Origin: Cycas panzhihuaensis
Lineage: Eukaryota; Plantae; Cycadophyta
Direction of reading: 5' to 3'
Length of the DNA stretch: 64,000 nt
Assembly: GCA_023213395.1 (NCBI GenBank)
Contig: CM041465.1
Location: 39,067,741 to 39,131,740 of the forward strand
Shown: positions 1 to 13,121 of the stretch, piece by piece
Position numbering within the stretch: position 1 is the first letter of the stretch
Layout of the letters: every line of letters starts with the position of its first letter
Program-made: the position numbers and the translations under genes
Notes under the pieces: generated by a model
The model's input: only the letters and a program-made list of their open reading frames with translations
Told to the model about the DNA's origin: nothing
Databases searched by the model: none

Positions 1-2209
1 TGTTCTCACCTTTAGGTGGCACAGTGTGGGAGGCATGGTGAATAGGTCTATATGACTCAAAAGAGGACTAGGATTGTTGGAACTTTAGCTCCTTAATCAT
101 ATGTTTAAAGGAACATACGATTGAGGTTAGGGGATCTAAGCTCTTATTAATTATGCTGGTAGGAGGCCTCAGAGGTTGTTGTTGGGCCTTTTATTCACAT
201 GAAGGAGGAGCTATCTAATGATGTTGTGACTACTTTAGAGGATTCTTGAGACTAGCTTGGATCTTAATAGACTATAATGCCAAGCATTTAGCTATAGTAG
301 AGTCATAGGCAATTGCCTCCACCTTAAGGACTTTAACATGAACTTCAGGGCAAAGGGCATTAACAAAAAGATCTAGCTTCAATTCCTTGGGTAACATGGC
401 CTAGGAGTAATAATGGATATCATGAAAACACTTAAGAAAATCATGATTAAGCTCATTGTGAGCTTGTTTAAGAGAAAGTAGGGCTTTGACTTTACTTTTG
501 AATGGGCGAGCTATGTCAAAGTAATTAACGAACTTGTCTACAAGCTATTGGAAAGTATGAGTAGAATGTATAGGGAGATGATATAACCACTAAAGGGTAT
601 CTCCCTACAAACATCAAAGGAATAGTTTCATTAGAATGTGATCATAGGCCTAATAGTCGATACATGCCATGGAAAAGCCCCATACGTGCTCAGTTGGGTC
701 ATGCGATGAGGTGCCATTAAATTTGGTCACTTTAGGAGGGTGATGCAGTAGGTTGGTCCTAAGGGCCTTAATGAAAAGATGATTTGAACTATAATCAATA
801 AAGGGATGAGCCCTTGATTGAGCTAAATAGTCAACTCAAGATATGGATACCCGACTCTACCATAAGGAGGTTAGACATATGAAGAATAAGAATTCCCACC
901 TGTTTAGTGGGAGGGGGCCATCCCCATTTGTGGGTAGGCTAGATAAGAAGCATGCAAGTGAGGGGGTCTCATCCCACTCTGAGAATGTGCCACATGGGTG
1001 GTGACAGAATGTGGGTATACCCCCTAAGGGGGTGACACATGGGAATGAGGGATATAAGGGGGAATGAATCCCCATTGTAAAAGACCTATGTATGAGGTTG
1101 TACACATAGGTGATGACGTGGGATAAGGAACAGGGTTATGCCCATAGAGTCCACTTAGGGGTGGTGCAACACCATAAGGATGGAGTGGATCTATCCCATA
1201 GGTAGGAAGAGGGTTAGGGCCTCCGTGTCCCAAAGGCTGTGATGTGTACCCTAGGGGTACATAGAGGGATGGGTCCATCAGTTATGGATGAGGGTGCATA
1301 GGGATAGATCCTTTGTGACCTAAGTTATAGGAGTGTAAAGGTACTTTAGGTCAAGTGGAAGGGGTATACACTATAATGGATTATGGCATAGTAGCCTGGC
1401 CAGGAGGGGGCATGCTCAATCCTATTTGAGAGATAGGCATACCCTAAGATGTCCCTTTAATCAAGGGAACATTCACAGATGAAAGAGCTACAAGAACGGA
1501 TCTTGTCACTAATTAAGGAATAGGTTGGGATGAAGCAGATACAAGGGAGTTAGAAGAAGGTAGGGTAGCACTCAGAAGGAGGCCCTGTAACTACTTTAGA
1601 GGTGGTTGGGCACTCGCAACCTTGAAACACTACCACAACGCTTCCACCACATCCATAGGAGGAGTTCCAACATGCTCATATGAGGTAGAAGGTTCCTTAT
1701 GCTGAGTGGAACTTGAGGGTTGCTCATCATGAGTCCTCTCACTAGGGTGAGAGCACACCATAAGATAAGATCCTCCTATGCCATGCATAGGATAAGGATG
1801 AAAATCTAAATATGTTTGATCATTTAGATAATAGATGGGATTGTCGCCCTCTTGGGTGGGATCCTAAGGAAGGTATGAAGTTTGTTGGACAACATTAGAG
1901 GAATGAGAATGGTATACCCAGTCTGATATATATCCCTCCATTATTGGTTTATAATTGAATGAAGCGATAAAGAAGTAGAGTGGTTCTTCTTCCATTGGAG
2001 GAAGATTATGTAAGCGACGAGAGAAACGTCACATTCACACCCTACCCAAGAGAATATAGAAGAAGAAGAATGTAATTTAAGGTAATGTGTTAAGGTTACT
2101 CAACACACTACAAGAATGATAGGCAAAAGGAGGCTACACTCAAAAACTAAAGGGATGCTCAGGTTTCCTAACTAGTAGTCCCTAGTATATTCTGTAGTGG
2201 AAGCATACC
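1..2209 (-). mobile_element. Tat/Ogre-like Ty3/gypsy copy 1, part A: decayed gag and start of 5' leader (continues beyond the left edge)
   Basis: Colinear with 31259-33481, which lies upstream of a Tat/Ogre-type protease and RT. Pro/Tyr-rich gag N-terminus (ORF 1024-1278) and many stops. Homology stops at aagcatacc (2201-2209). Confidence 0.85.
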
Positions 2210-3400
2210 ACATTTTTAACTTTATTTCTTTTTTCACTAGGAACATGCACATATGTAACACAATCAAATAGTTTCAAGTTACTCACATTAGGTTTATAAC
2301 CTATCTAGGCTTCTTCTAAAGTTCACTTCATTAATGTCTTAGTAGAACTTATGTTAATAAGTAAATTTTAGTATTTACTACTTTGGCCCAAAATTCATCA
2401 TCAAGTTCCTTTACTTGGAGAACACTTCTTACCATTTTCACTATAATTCTTATTTTTCTTTCAACTACTCCATTGTGTTGAGGTGTATATAGAGTTCTGA
2501 ACTATTTTGTTATTCCAAGTTTTTTGTAAAAGACTCTAAAATCATTTAAGATGAATTCTCTTGCATTATTTAAAAAAAAAATATGTAACATGTATCCACT
2601 TTTCTTTTAAACCATTATTCTAATTTCAACAAATCAAAAAAATATTTCAGATTTTTTCTTAAGAAAGTATATCCAAATCTTTATTTTAAAATCATCAAGC
2701 AAGATCATGAAGTATCTAGCATTTCCAAGTGATGATGTTCTTAAAGGGCCATATAAATTAACATGCACCAATTTTAAAGGATATTAGGATCAATATTAAG
2801 ATTTTAGAAAGCTATTTATATATTATTTATCATAAATACAACCTTCAAATACATCGTTATTATCTTGAATGAATGGAAGACTTTTAACGATTTCTTTCTT
2901 CCTTGAAGTAATAGGTCTATTAGAATTAAGATGACTATAATTATGATGCGAAAGTATATTATCATTAATAATTGAAATATTCAAGACATAAATTTATGGA
3001 GAAAACATAAGTTTAAATAATTTATCTTAAGTCATTTGACCTTTAGCAATAATCATTCTATTATTTAACTTATCACTAATTTTATATTGACTATTGTTAA
3101 ACACTAACCTGCATAGTTGTTCTATCATTTGACTCACAAATAATATGTTCTTCTTCAAATTAGGCAAAAGCAAGATATTATAAATAATTTTATTTTCCAT
3201 ATTATTTATTTAAATAGATACATAACCTTCTCTATAACCTTCATAACTATCATTATCACCAAAAATATTTTTTAATCTCTTATAGTCATCTTCAAGGTTT
3301 GAAAATAAATTAGCATTATAAAACATATACATGGAACAATTAGAATTAATATACCATTCTTTAGTTGAAGCATTGATATAACAACATCTTAATCTTCATT
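2210..3400 (-). pseudogene. Heavily decayed Ty1/copia pol fragment (protease to integrase), truncated at its 3' end
   Basis: Minus-strand motif remnants: WYINSNCS (~3340-3360, WYLDSGCS-like), IFGDN (~3255-3270), PLKLVHVNLYGP (~2745-2780) and YTPQHNG (~2470-2490). Confidence 0.75.
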
Positions 3401-3686
3401 GTAATTTAATTCACTTTTCACTTACTAGTCTTGTTTTTCTCTATAATTTAAGATTTACTAGTCGAACCATAACTTTTCACTCAATGGTTAGAATTTAATC
3501 TTTTTTATGCTGACTCAAAGGTTTATCTGAGTAAAAGAGGCCAAAATAGCTTATAATTAGGCTAAAGGTTCTATTATAGGTCTATAGTCTTTCAACTAAA
3601 AAAATACCTGAAACATGCATAAAAATTAAGATTTTATTTGTGTATCTATAAATAGTAATTAATTTTAGACTACTTTTTATTTTTTA

Positions 3687-4661
3687 TGTAGTGACCCTTA
3701 ACACTCTAGTTTTAAGTAGGGATTAATTTAAAACATGGTTTTATTTAATATTTTAGATAATTATGTGTTTTTTAAGGAGTTTCTAGGGTTAGAGTTGGAA
3801 GCTTTTAGACTCCCCGCTTTTACTTGTATAAATGTAATTTTATACTCTCTTTTGGGAATGGAGGGGAATAGAATAGAAGTGAATCAATTCTATTTATTCT
3901 CTGATTTTTTTTTTTTTTTAAGTTTAAGTTTGTGTATGTTGAATTAAATATTTTTCTTACAGACTATCCTCATCATTTGCTATAAGAATGTGTTTTAACT
4001 ATGGGGTTAAAGAAAAATCACAAAAGTCTAAGGTACTACAATAAATATTTGTTAAAAAACTACAAAGGTGACAAACTATTCCTATTGAAAGGGCAAGGAA
4101 ATACTCATTAGGGCTTAAGAGCCTTGCCAAAAGCCTATGAGAGAAGATTTAGAAAAAAGTGGCTACGGAAAGAGAAAAATAATTAAATAGCAAGGAGGGG
4201 AGGAAGAGTGAGTTATGTTGAAACAAATAGAAATATGTAGGAGCTACAAAGGAGAATGGAACAACTTACTATTTGAAGCACCCCTTCCACTTATCAAGCT
4301 GATCTCACATAGTCTAGGAAACCCCTTATTTTGGCTGACCTTTATCTAGATTCTTAACTGCCTTTATAAAGGGATATTGTAGCTCATTCTAACTCATTAG
4401 AACTAAAGCCTTGGCTATTATAATTTCAACCTTTGGGCTATATTTTCTTTGGAAGGAATGTTGCCTTGAAGAGAGAAGCATTACTAAATATTATCTTATC
4501 ATTTATACTACATAATTTTACTAATAATTTTAACTATTATATAAATATTAACCGTAACTATTTTAATTTTCTCTAAATTACTAGTGTTAGAGCTATATTT
4601 TGTGTATTCTATTATGGTTTTTCTCTCTTTTCTTTCTAAAAGATTATGTAGGCATGCTACA
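3687..4661 (+). repeat. 5' LTR of the chromovirus
   Basis: Begins tgtag and ends ctaca (5-bp inverted termini), followed by a PBS. Its 3' part (from 4273) is repeated at 40794-41252. Confidence 0.75.
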
Positions 4662-4663
4662 AG

Positions 4664-4675
4664 TGGTATCAAAGC
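4664..4675 (+). promoter_or_regulatory. Primer binding site (tRNA-iMet type)
   Basis: tggtatcaaagc, 2 nt after the LTR end; canonical form is tggtatcagagc. Confidence 0.85.
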
Positions 4676-5469
4676 TTTGTTGGAAGCTATTCTAAGGAGA
4701 AATTTTGCTAGTTTAGTGAGGAAAATCAAGGGAAAAAGAGTAGATTCCCGTCCCCCCTACTTTCCCCCTAATTTTGACCCCCCTCCCTTCCCCAAATCTT
4801 TAAAGTGCATCCCTAAATGAAGTTTAGATCTAAAAGAATCTTATAGCAAAGCAAGATGGTGATCACTAAGTCGATATTAATAGGGGATATAAGTAGTTGA
4901 CTAGTTAAATTAAATGATGACATAGTAAATTTGAAATCCTCCTTCAAAGCTTCAATGGAAAGCATAACCAAGAGGTTGCACCTAATATTACTAGAGGGAG
5001 AAGCCTCAGGTGAAGAAAGATCCCTAGGGTTCAAAGAAATCAATAAAGAATTCCCAGAATAAAGGAACCAAAGGGACTACTATCAAAGGAGGCAAAGAAG
5101 GTTTGATAAAGGATTTTAGGAATGTAGAAACCTAAGAGACTTCTAACAAAATAACTAGAGAATTTTTGACTTAGACAATAGTCTCAAGAGAACAAAATTT
5201 ACACTAAAGAAGTTTAGCCCAAATAGAATAAGGGACATCGTGGTTGCCAACATGCCATCAAACTAGTATCGAGAGCAGCACTAGTAAACATCCATCCATA
5301 TCAACATCCCTATCATTTTTTTTTGGTAAGATAAAATGAATAAAAGTGGGTTTGAAAAAAGGCTCCCACAACCTAGTACATCAGCAATAATAAACTGGAC
5401 AATCAATATTATCCGTGACAACCCCACGGAATAGGCAAAAGGACTAGAGTGTCGGGACAAGCCCCACGG

Positions 5470-8400
5470 TTAGCTGTTGCAGATCAAATCCTTATCAACT
5501 AGAGTCAGAAGGTCCCTAGGAAAATCATATCTCCATACTTGACTACTCCTGTTCCTCATCCCCCAATTAGCCAAGAAATCTGCAGCTTTATTGCCTTCTC
5601 TCAGAGTGTGTCTAATACAGACATCTGGAAAACCTTTGATAATCTCTTTGGCATCTTTGATTATGGATTGAAATCTCCAATCCAGAAGAGCCTCACCTTT
5701 TAACGAATTTAAAACCACTTCACAGTCCCCCTCAATCACCAACCTCTGAATGCCCCCTATACGGGCTAAGTCGAGGGCTTTGAGCATGGTATGCATTTCT
5801 GCATAGTTGTTCGTTTGACTCTCGTAGTAGTCCGCAAAGGCCTAGATGAGGGAGCCCTTGTAATCCCTATAGATTCCCCCACCCCCAGCTTCACCAGGGT
5901 TCCCTTTCGCTGCCCCATCAAAATTTATTTTGAGCCAGGGCTCCTCCGGAGGGATCCATCTAGTGCTTCTAGGCTTAGGGACCACGAATTTAGGTTCTAT
6001 GCCCCATTTGAGCAAGATCGTACTCTCTGTCGGGGATATACGCTTTTCTTTAGCGTTTCCAACGTTTTCCTTAATGTCAAAGTAAATTCTGCTGTAGACA
6101 GCCATATGGTCTTTATTTTTTCCCTGGAAGATCCTACTGTTCCTTTCTTTCCAGATATTCCATGCCAAAATCGGGAGCATATTCTTCCAGATATGGCTGA
6201 GAATATTACTTTTGAATGGGCTTTGCCAGGCGAGCCAGAGGTCAGCTGATTTGTACGAAAATGTCCAGCACACTTCCAGCTTCCCAAGCAACAGCCTCCA
6301 AACTTCCCTTGTGAAGGTGCACTCTAGGATGATATGATCAATAGATTCCTCCCCTTTGCAGCATAAAATGCATCTATTAGCCAGCAAAAAGCCTCTCTTT
6401 TGCAGGTTATCTACAGTGAGGATTTTGTTCTTGAGACAGGTCCACCAAAAGAGAGTTATTTTCAGAATAAGGGGGAGCCTCCAGACACCTTCCAGCAATG
6501 GGTCTTTTTTATCCCCTCTTTTCGAGCATAAGTACTGGTAACCTTGTTGCACTGTATACTCTCCTAACAAGCTCGAGGGCCACACCATCGAGTCCTACGA
6601 AGGGGTTCTAGGGATATAACTCTTCCCTAGAAACCTTTTGATCTTATTAATACCCTCCTGCATACTGTCCATCCCATGGATATCCTCAAAATTCCTCCAG
6701 GTCCTGCTCCCTTCTCTCCTCGACTAATAATCTTTAATCATTTTGCCATTCTACCTAACACAGGGACCCATTAAAGGTATCATGTCGGGAAACTCCTTTA
6801 AAGGCTTGTCACAACACCACACATCTTCCCAGAATTTGATGGAATTACCATCTCCCAGTCTCCATTTTAAGCCATCCCTGATAGCTCCCCAAGCTTTAAG
6901 GATACTCCTCCAGATGGTAGAGCCAACCAAGGATACGATGCTATCCAAAAGGGAGCCCCCCTGAATGTATTTTCTGGAAAAGGATCCTCTCCCAAAGTCT
7001 TTCCCCACCTTTGAATAATCTCCACCCAAGCTTTGCCCCAAGGGCGATATTGAAGAGAGGGAGCCTTCGCAAATTGAGGCCACCAGCCCATTTTGGGGTA
7101 CAAACTTTACTCCAACTTACCAAATGAATCCTATCTTTTGTTTCAGTGCCAGACCAAAGAAATCTTTTCTGAATTTATTCGATGATGTCTGAGATACCAG
7201 GCAGAACCCTAAAGATGGATATCCAAAACACTGGGATGCTTTGAAGGGTAGAAGCTACTAGCTGGAGTTTTCCAGCTAGACTCAGAAGGGTACCTTTCCA
7301 ACCCGCTAACTTTCTTTGCATCATATCTATAAGAGGGTTCCACATATCTTTGGGCATCTTGCCGACAAAATGGGGCAAACCTAGGTAGATTGTGGGTTGC
7401 TTTTTGATATCCATCCCAAGGATTCTGGTTATCCTACCTTGGATACATCCTGGGGTATTTAAGAAAAAGACATTGCTCTTCCTGAGGCTTATCTTCTGAT
7501 TCGTGGCTTTCTCAAAAAGCCCCAGGATCTCTTTAAATCTGGAGGCCTCTCTTACAGACGCTTTCCCAAGAAAGATGTTGTCATCTACAAATTGGTGGTG
7601 AACCACATTGTCCACCCCCGATGTCGGTTTGATGCTGTTTAAGAACCCAAGCCTCCTAGCGGACTCCAGGGTTCTGCCCAGCACCCATCGTGATAAATAA
7701 AAAGGGAGAAAGGGGATCTCCTTGTCTCAGCCCCCTATGTCCGGGAAAAAACCTGGAAGATGAACCATTGATAATGACAGAAAATTAGGGATTGCCAATA
7801 CACAGCTTGATCCAGGACCGCCAGGGTTCCCCAAAGCCAAAAGCCTCTAGGCAATTTAACAGGCATTCCCAGGATACTATATCAAAGGCCTTCATGAGAT
7901 CGATCTTGATGAGCATTGCCGGCTCCTTCCTTTTAGCAGCTGAATGGATTGTTTCGTGTACAACGATATATCCATCATAAATCTGCCTGCCACAAAGGAA
8001 CCCGTCCTGGTTGTGGGAGATAATATTTGGCATAATTCTCTTTAGTCTATTAACCAGGACTTTAGTTAAAATCTTGTATTTAACATTGCAAAGGCTGATT
8101 GGACGAAACTCCTCCATCCTATTCGCTCCTTCTTTTTTGGGGATGAGGATAAGGAATGTAGTCTGCCATTCCTGGAGCATCTTTTTGTTTGCATAGAACT
8201 CTTGCAAAGCTTCCATTAAATCTCCTTTAATAATATCCCAATACTCTTAGAAGAAGCCTGGAGGAAATCCATCAGGGCCAGGAGCTTTATCCTTTTTCAT
8301 ACCAAAGAGGGCCGTCCTGACCTCCTCCAAAGTGAACGGCGCGATCAGCTGCGCGTTTTGAGCTTCATTCACTAACCTGGGGATGTTGTTTAGGAAGTCT

Positions 8401-9662
8401 CTTCTACTTTCCATGTCCCCATCTTGGGGTTCAGTGAATAGATCCTTGAAGTAATCACTGGCCAACTCCTTCATTTCTTCAGTCGAGCTAACAACAGAGC
8501 CATCTTCCTTTTGAAGACTGGAGATTCTGTTGCTGGCTCTATGTTTAACTGTAGTCATGTGAAAAAATTTTGTATTCCTATTGCCTTCTGCCAACCAAAG
8601 GGCCCTGGATTTCTGTCTCTAGTGGATTTCTTCTCTGATGAGGGTCTCATCTAGTTTCTCCACTAGTTCCTTCTCAGTCTTATCTAGCTCGGGGGATCTG
8701 CCCGTGCATTCAATCCTATCCTCGATATCTTTCGGATCACTGATAGTTTTATCCTTCTGCAAATGGATATTTTGGAATACCTCCTTGTTCCAAGCCTTTA
8801 CCTATTTTTTAACCCATTCAAGCTTCTTCGAAAATCTAAACATTGCATGGCCTTTGATTTGAATTCGCCACCATTCCTTGACCCTACTCCTGAGGTTGGT
8901 GTGACGAAGCCACATTAGTTCGAACCTGAAGGGGGATCTTATAAATTTACTCAGGTCCGAAAATTGAAGCAAAAGTGGGGAGTGGTTGGAGCTAATCCTC
9001 GGTAATGCCTCAAGGGTGAAGTCATTAAAGCTCCTCATCCAGTCATAATTGACCAACACCCTATCCAGTTTAATTTGAATTAGGTCATTCCCCAAACGTT
9101 TGTTTGACCATGTATATGAGGCCCCCCTAAGTTTTACATCCTCCAATCCCCCCTGCTGAAGGAAATCACTAAACTCTCCCATGCTGGTTGTCCAACCCCC
9201 AGAGCCCCCTTTCTTATCACCTGGGGTCAGCGCCGAGTTGAAGTCGCCCACCAGCAGCCATGGTTGCTGGCAATCCCTGTGGGCCACCAAAAGTCTGTTC
9301 CATAACCTCTTCCTGGCCACTTAATAATTGGGAGCATAAACATTTGTGGCTAACCACGATAGGTTGTTGTTTTTGTTTGTTAACCAAACTGATATGAAAG
9401 ATCCCTCCACCAGGAAGAGCTCTCCCGACCATGTTGACGGATTCCATAGGACCATTAAGCCCCCAGCCCCTTGGGCGTAATCCATCCTAAGACTTTCAGC
9501 AGTCTTCCAAATTTTGTTCTTGATTATTGGACCGTTCTCCTTATTCATTTTAGTTTCCTGCAGGAATGCCAAATCTGGAAGGAATTTAGCTCTCATATCC
9601 CTAATAATCCTCTACTTCGAAGGGGCGTTGAGACCCCTAATGTTCCATGATATTAGCTTCAT
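5470..9662 (-). pseudogene. LINE ORF2 (AP endonuclease, RT, zf-RVT, RNase H), broken by stops and frameshifts
   Basis: MKLISWNIRGLN at 9662, LQETK, GDFN, KLDRVL, SNHSPL, KAPGPDGF, FRPISLCN, KIDLMKAFD, HQFVDD, CILC..EESIDHIILEC, WLKINFDGA, IEGDC, REGNKAADFLAN. Confidence 0.95.
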
Positions 9663-9679
9663 CTCCTTTTTCTTTGCTT

Positions 9680-11072
9680 CTAGACTTCAGCAGGCTCTCC
9701 TTTCGGAGGCTCTTTGCCAAACGTGCTGGATCTAAGTGTAGGACCTTCCAGGAATACTTCCTTTAAAGTTTTCTGGTTGCCTTGGTCTACTTGGGCAGCC
9801 GCTTCTCTCTCTCTCAGAGACTTCAGAGGTGGCCTCCCAACCTTCTTTTCAACTCCCACATCCAGCTGCTTTTTCTGGGAACTCGGTTGAGGTGTTGGTT
9901 CTGGGTCTGGCACTCCCAAATCCTCTAGAATGGCCGCTTCCTCCTCAGCCCCAACCCGCTGTCTCTGGTTCTCAGTTTCCTTAGGATCATCATCCACCAT
10001 TGTAGTGGGGGATACACCTAACCTTTCCACAGCTTGCTTATCCCCCATCTGCTGGGGTACGGATGGGATAGATTGTGTCTTGCTGGTAGATTCGACAGGG
10101 GGAGGGACCCCTAAACTAGCCTCACCAACCTGGTTGCCCGAGACCAAAGTGGCCTGAGCAGTTTTCTCACCTTCCTCCAGCAGTGTATCCTCCTCATTGG
10201 GGTCGAAGCCCAGATTCCCAAAGGGGGTCTCAGTTACCGCCATATGACTAGCATGTTCTGGTACCGCTTCCCGATCCTTTTCCTTCCTATCCTGGAGGTC
10301 CGGTTCTGTGGATCCCTTGTTTATCTCATCCTTTTGAGGCTGAACCCCTGGGCATTTTTGGGCGGATGCCCCTGTGTTTCGCAAGTGGAGCATCTTATAT
10401 GGTCCATTTAAGTAAGTCGTGGTACCCAACTCCGTCCCAAGATGTCCATCCAGATGTCATCCAGGAGGGGTTTATCCAGCCGTATTAGAGCACATATTCT
10501 AGCGTTAATAAGTCTGGTCCTATTCTTTGTCGCAGAATCAACTACCAGCAGAGGACCCACAACTTTAGCTATGCCTTTAAAAACTTTTGGGTTCCAATGG
10601 TGTAATGGAAGACCCGGAAGTTAAATCCATAAAGGAGCTTGTTTGATTTTAGGAGTAGAGGGATCAAAGTCCCTATGCCATTTCTTAAGAGATAAAGCTC
10701 TCCTGCCAAACATCCATGGAGCCCTAAGTAGGATGCTAGACATGTCTTCATAAGAAGAAATTTAAACAATACACATCCCTTAGGCATGGCAATTACTTCT
10801 ACGCCTCCAGTCGTTTTCCATTTAGCTCTTGTCCAACTTCTAATAGTCTCCAGGCCCGGCCTGGGTCCCGAGAATCTGCCAATAAGGCAGTTCTCCCAAA
10901 GTTTTTCCGTACTCTCCATAAGAGCTAGGGGTATTTTCAATCTCACTTTGTTATCAATAACCACTGGCGTAAGGTCAAAGGTTTCCTCTTCATTTGTTTT
11001 CAATACGTCTCGGTAAGATTTCCCCGGGGTCAAGTTGGGGATCTGAGTCTGGTTTTGAGGATTGTGATCCAT
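9680..11072 (-). pseudogene. LINE ORF1 (DUF4283-like domain plus zinc knuckle), frameshifted
   Basis: KSYRDVL...LWENCLIGRFSGPRPGLETIRSWTRAKWK...VEVIAMPKG. Out-of-frame CSTCETQGH knuckle near 10350-10395. Low-complexity tail with KKVGRPP. Confidence 0.88.
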
Positions 11073-11621
11073 TTTCAAATTTAAATATTACAAACTGCAA
11101 AGAAGAACCAGCAAAAAAAGCATGAGAATACCATGGCTTCGAAACCCACAATCAAAGGTCTGGTGGCCAGCGGTTCCTCAAGAGATCTGCCTTCACTGCA
11201 TTACCCTGGACACCTATCCCACTTAGGCACCACCAAGGACCTGTTAATCCTCAAGTAAGGGCTGAAGCCGATCACTAAACACCTCCCTGTAACCACTATG
11301 ATGCTCCGAAGAGGCCGTCGTTCCAAGCTAAAGTAGAGAGGAGGGCGATGGACCGGCAGTCTGCTACGCCATAACCCACACCTCTCAAGCTCCTTTCCTG
11401 GTCCGTCTTCCCTCGAGAAGAGGTCTGAGGGGCGAGCACGCCCAATCTATTCCTCGCGCAGGTCCCTAGCTACCTTGCCAAGGCCTCCCGATGGACGCCA
11501 TCGCGTCCTAGAACGTACCAGGTCTTTTGCCGCCACGCTAAATGGCAAAACCCTAGCTGCAGTCGATTCGCATACGCAAACGCAGCTATTTTGAATATTG
11601 ATTAATCAACATCCCTATCAT

Positions 11622-12837
11622 CTTAATAAGGAAATTAAGCGAATAACTAAGGAGATTTTGCATTAAGAAAGTATTATAAAAAGCATAGCCCATTTAAGTC
11701 TCCAATCATATTAAAATTAAAAAAGGTTGGGACTTATCATATGTGTATTAATTATAGGTTCCTAGGCAAAATTATGATTGAGAATTGCTATCCTATCCTC
11801 CGAATAGATGATTTACTAGATAAAAAATACAAAGCAAAGTATTTTTTTTTAAATTAACCTTTAATCAGGATATTATTAGATCTACATCGAAGTTGAAGAT
11901 ATATATAAGACAAGATTCTACACTCATGAAGGATTATTTGAATTCAAAGTCATGTCATTTAGTTTAACTAATGCCTTAACAGCTTTCTAGAGCACTGTAA
12001 ACACCATATTAAAACCTTTCTTATGAAAATTCATGCTAGTTTTCTTTAATAACATCTTAATTTATAGCTTATCATTAGAGGAGCACTTAGAGTACATCAA
12101 GGTTGTTTTATATATACTAAAGATCAATTGGTTTGTTGTTAACAAGGCAAAATACACCTTTAGGCAAACAAAGCTTAAATATCTTGGACACATCTTCATA
12201 TAAGAAGGGATCAAGATGGACCCTAAGAAAGTTCAAGCTATTATTAATTGGCCAATCCCTAAGAATTTGATATGAGTCAAGGGTTTTCTAGGAGCGGTTA
12301 GATTTCTCTAAAAAATTATTAACGATTATGCCTACATTGCATCATCTTTAACAAGTCTCACTAAGAAATATACTTTTAGTTAAAACCCACAGTAGAGGAT
12401 TATTTTCAAGATCTTACAAAAGCCATGATCACCACCCCTATGCTTACAACTTTGGATCTCTCCCAACCTTTTACTTTAAAGTACAATACATCAAGAATAG
12501 GGATAAAAACAATCCTCCTTCAAAATGAGCAACTAAGCATATGAAAGCAGGAAATTAAATAGTAGGGAGCAACTGAAACCTATATATGATAAAGAAATAT
12601 TTGTAATTATATAAGCCATTCACCAATGGAGTCAATACTTACTTGGTAACAAATTCATGGTTAAAATGGATTATATAGCCTTAAGTATTTTCTCAACTAG
12701 AAAAATTTATCATATGAACAACAAAAGTAGGTTAACAAGCTTTAGACATTTGATTTTAGCATCATATATAAAAAGGGAAATGAAAACATTATTATGGATG
12801 CATTATCATAGATGCCAGAGAACAACGAGGGAGGAAT
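11622..12837 (+). pseudogene. Chromovirus RT and RNase H remnant
   Basis: YPILRIDDLLD, THEGLFEFKVMSFSLTNA, YLGHI, DPKKVQAIINWPIPKN, DALS; many stops. Confidence 0.9.
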
Positions 12838-13121
12838 TATTGAAGATACAAATCCATACGAAACTATAAACCACAAGAGACAACAAAATTTGTGGGAAAT
12901 GATCATCTCTAATTATTATTATAGATGTACAAAATACTTATAGTACATTATTACCTCACAGTTAGTCAACTATACATGAGAACTGTTATAACTACTGCAT
13001 TAACAAATGATACTAATTTAACATTTAGTAAATATGTTAAGAGAGTCTCCTAGCATTATATAATTAAATATTGTTCTAACATTAACCTCATAATGTTTAA
13101 TTATTAATTTCACATAAACAC

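Larger units (their letters stand above)
5317..11604 (-). mobile_element. Full-length plant L1-clade LINE carrying RNase H
   Basis: 17-bp TSD atcaacatccctatcat (5300-5316 and 11605-11621), short poly(A) tail (T-run ending at 5324), GC/CpG-rich 5' UTR (~11080-11604), ORF1 and ORF2 present. Confidence 0.97.

Noticed and set aside
5791-11016. Plus-strand ORFs opposite the LINE (e.g. 5791-6249, 9930-10157)
   Set aside because: Antisense shadows of LINE coding sequence with no recognisable domain.
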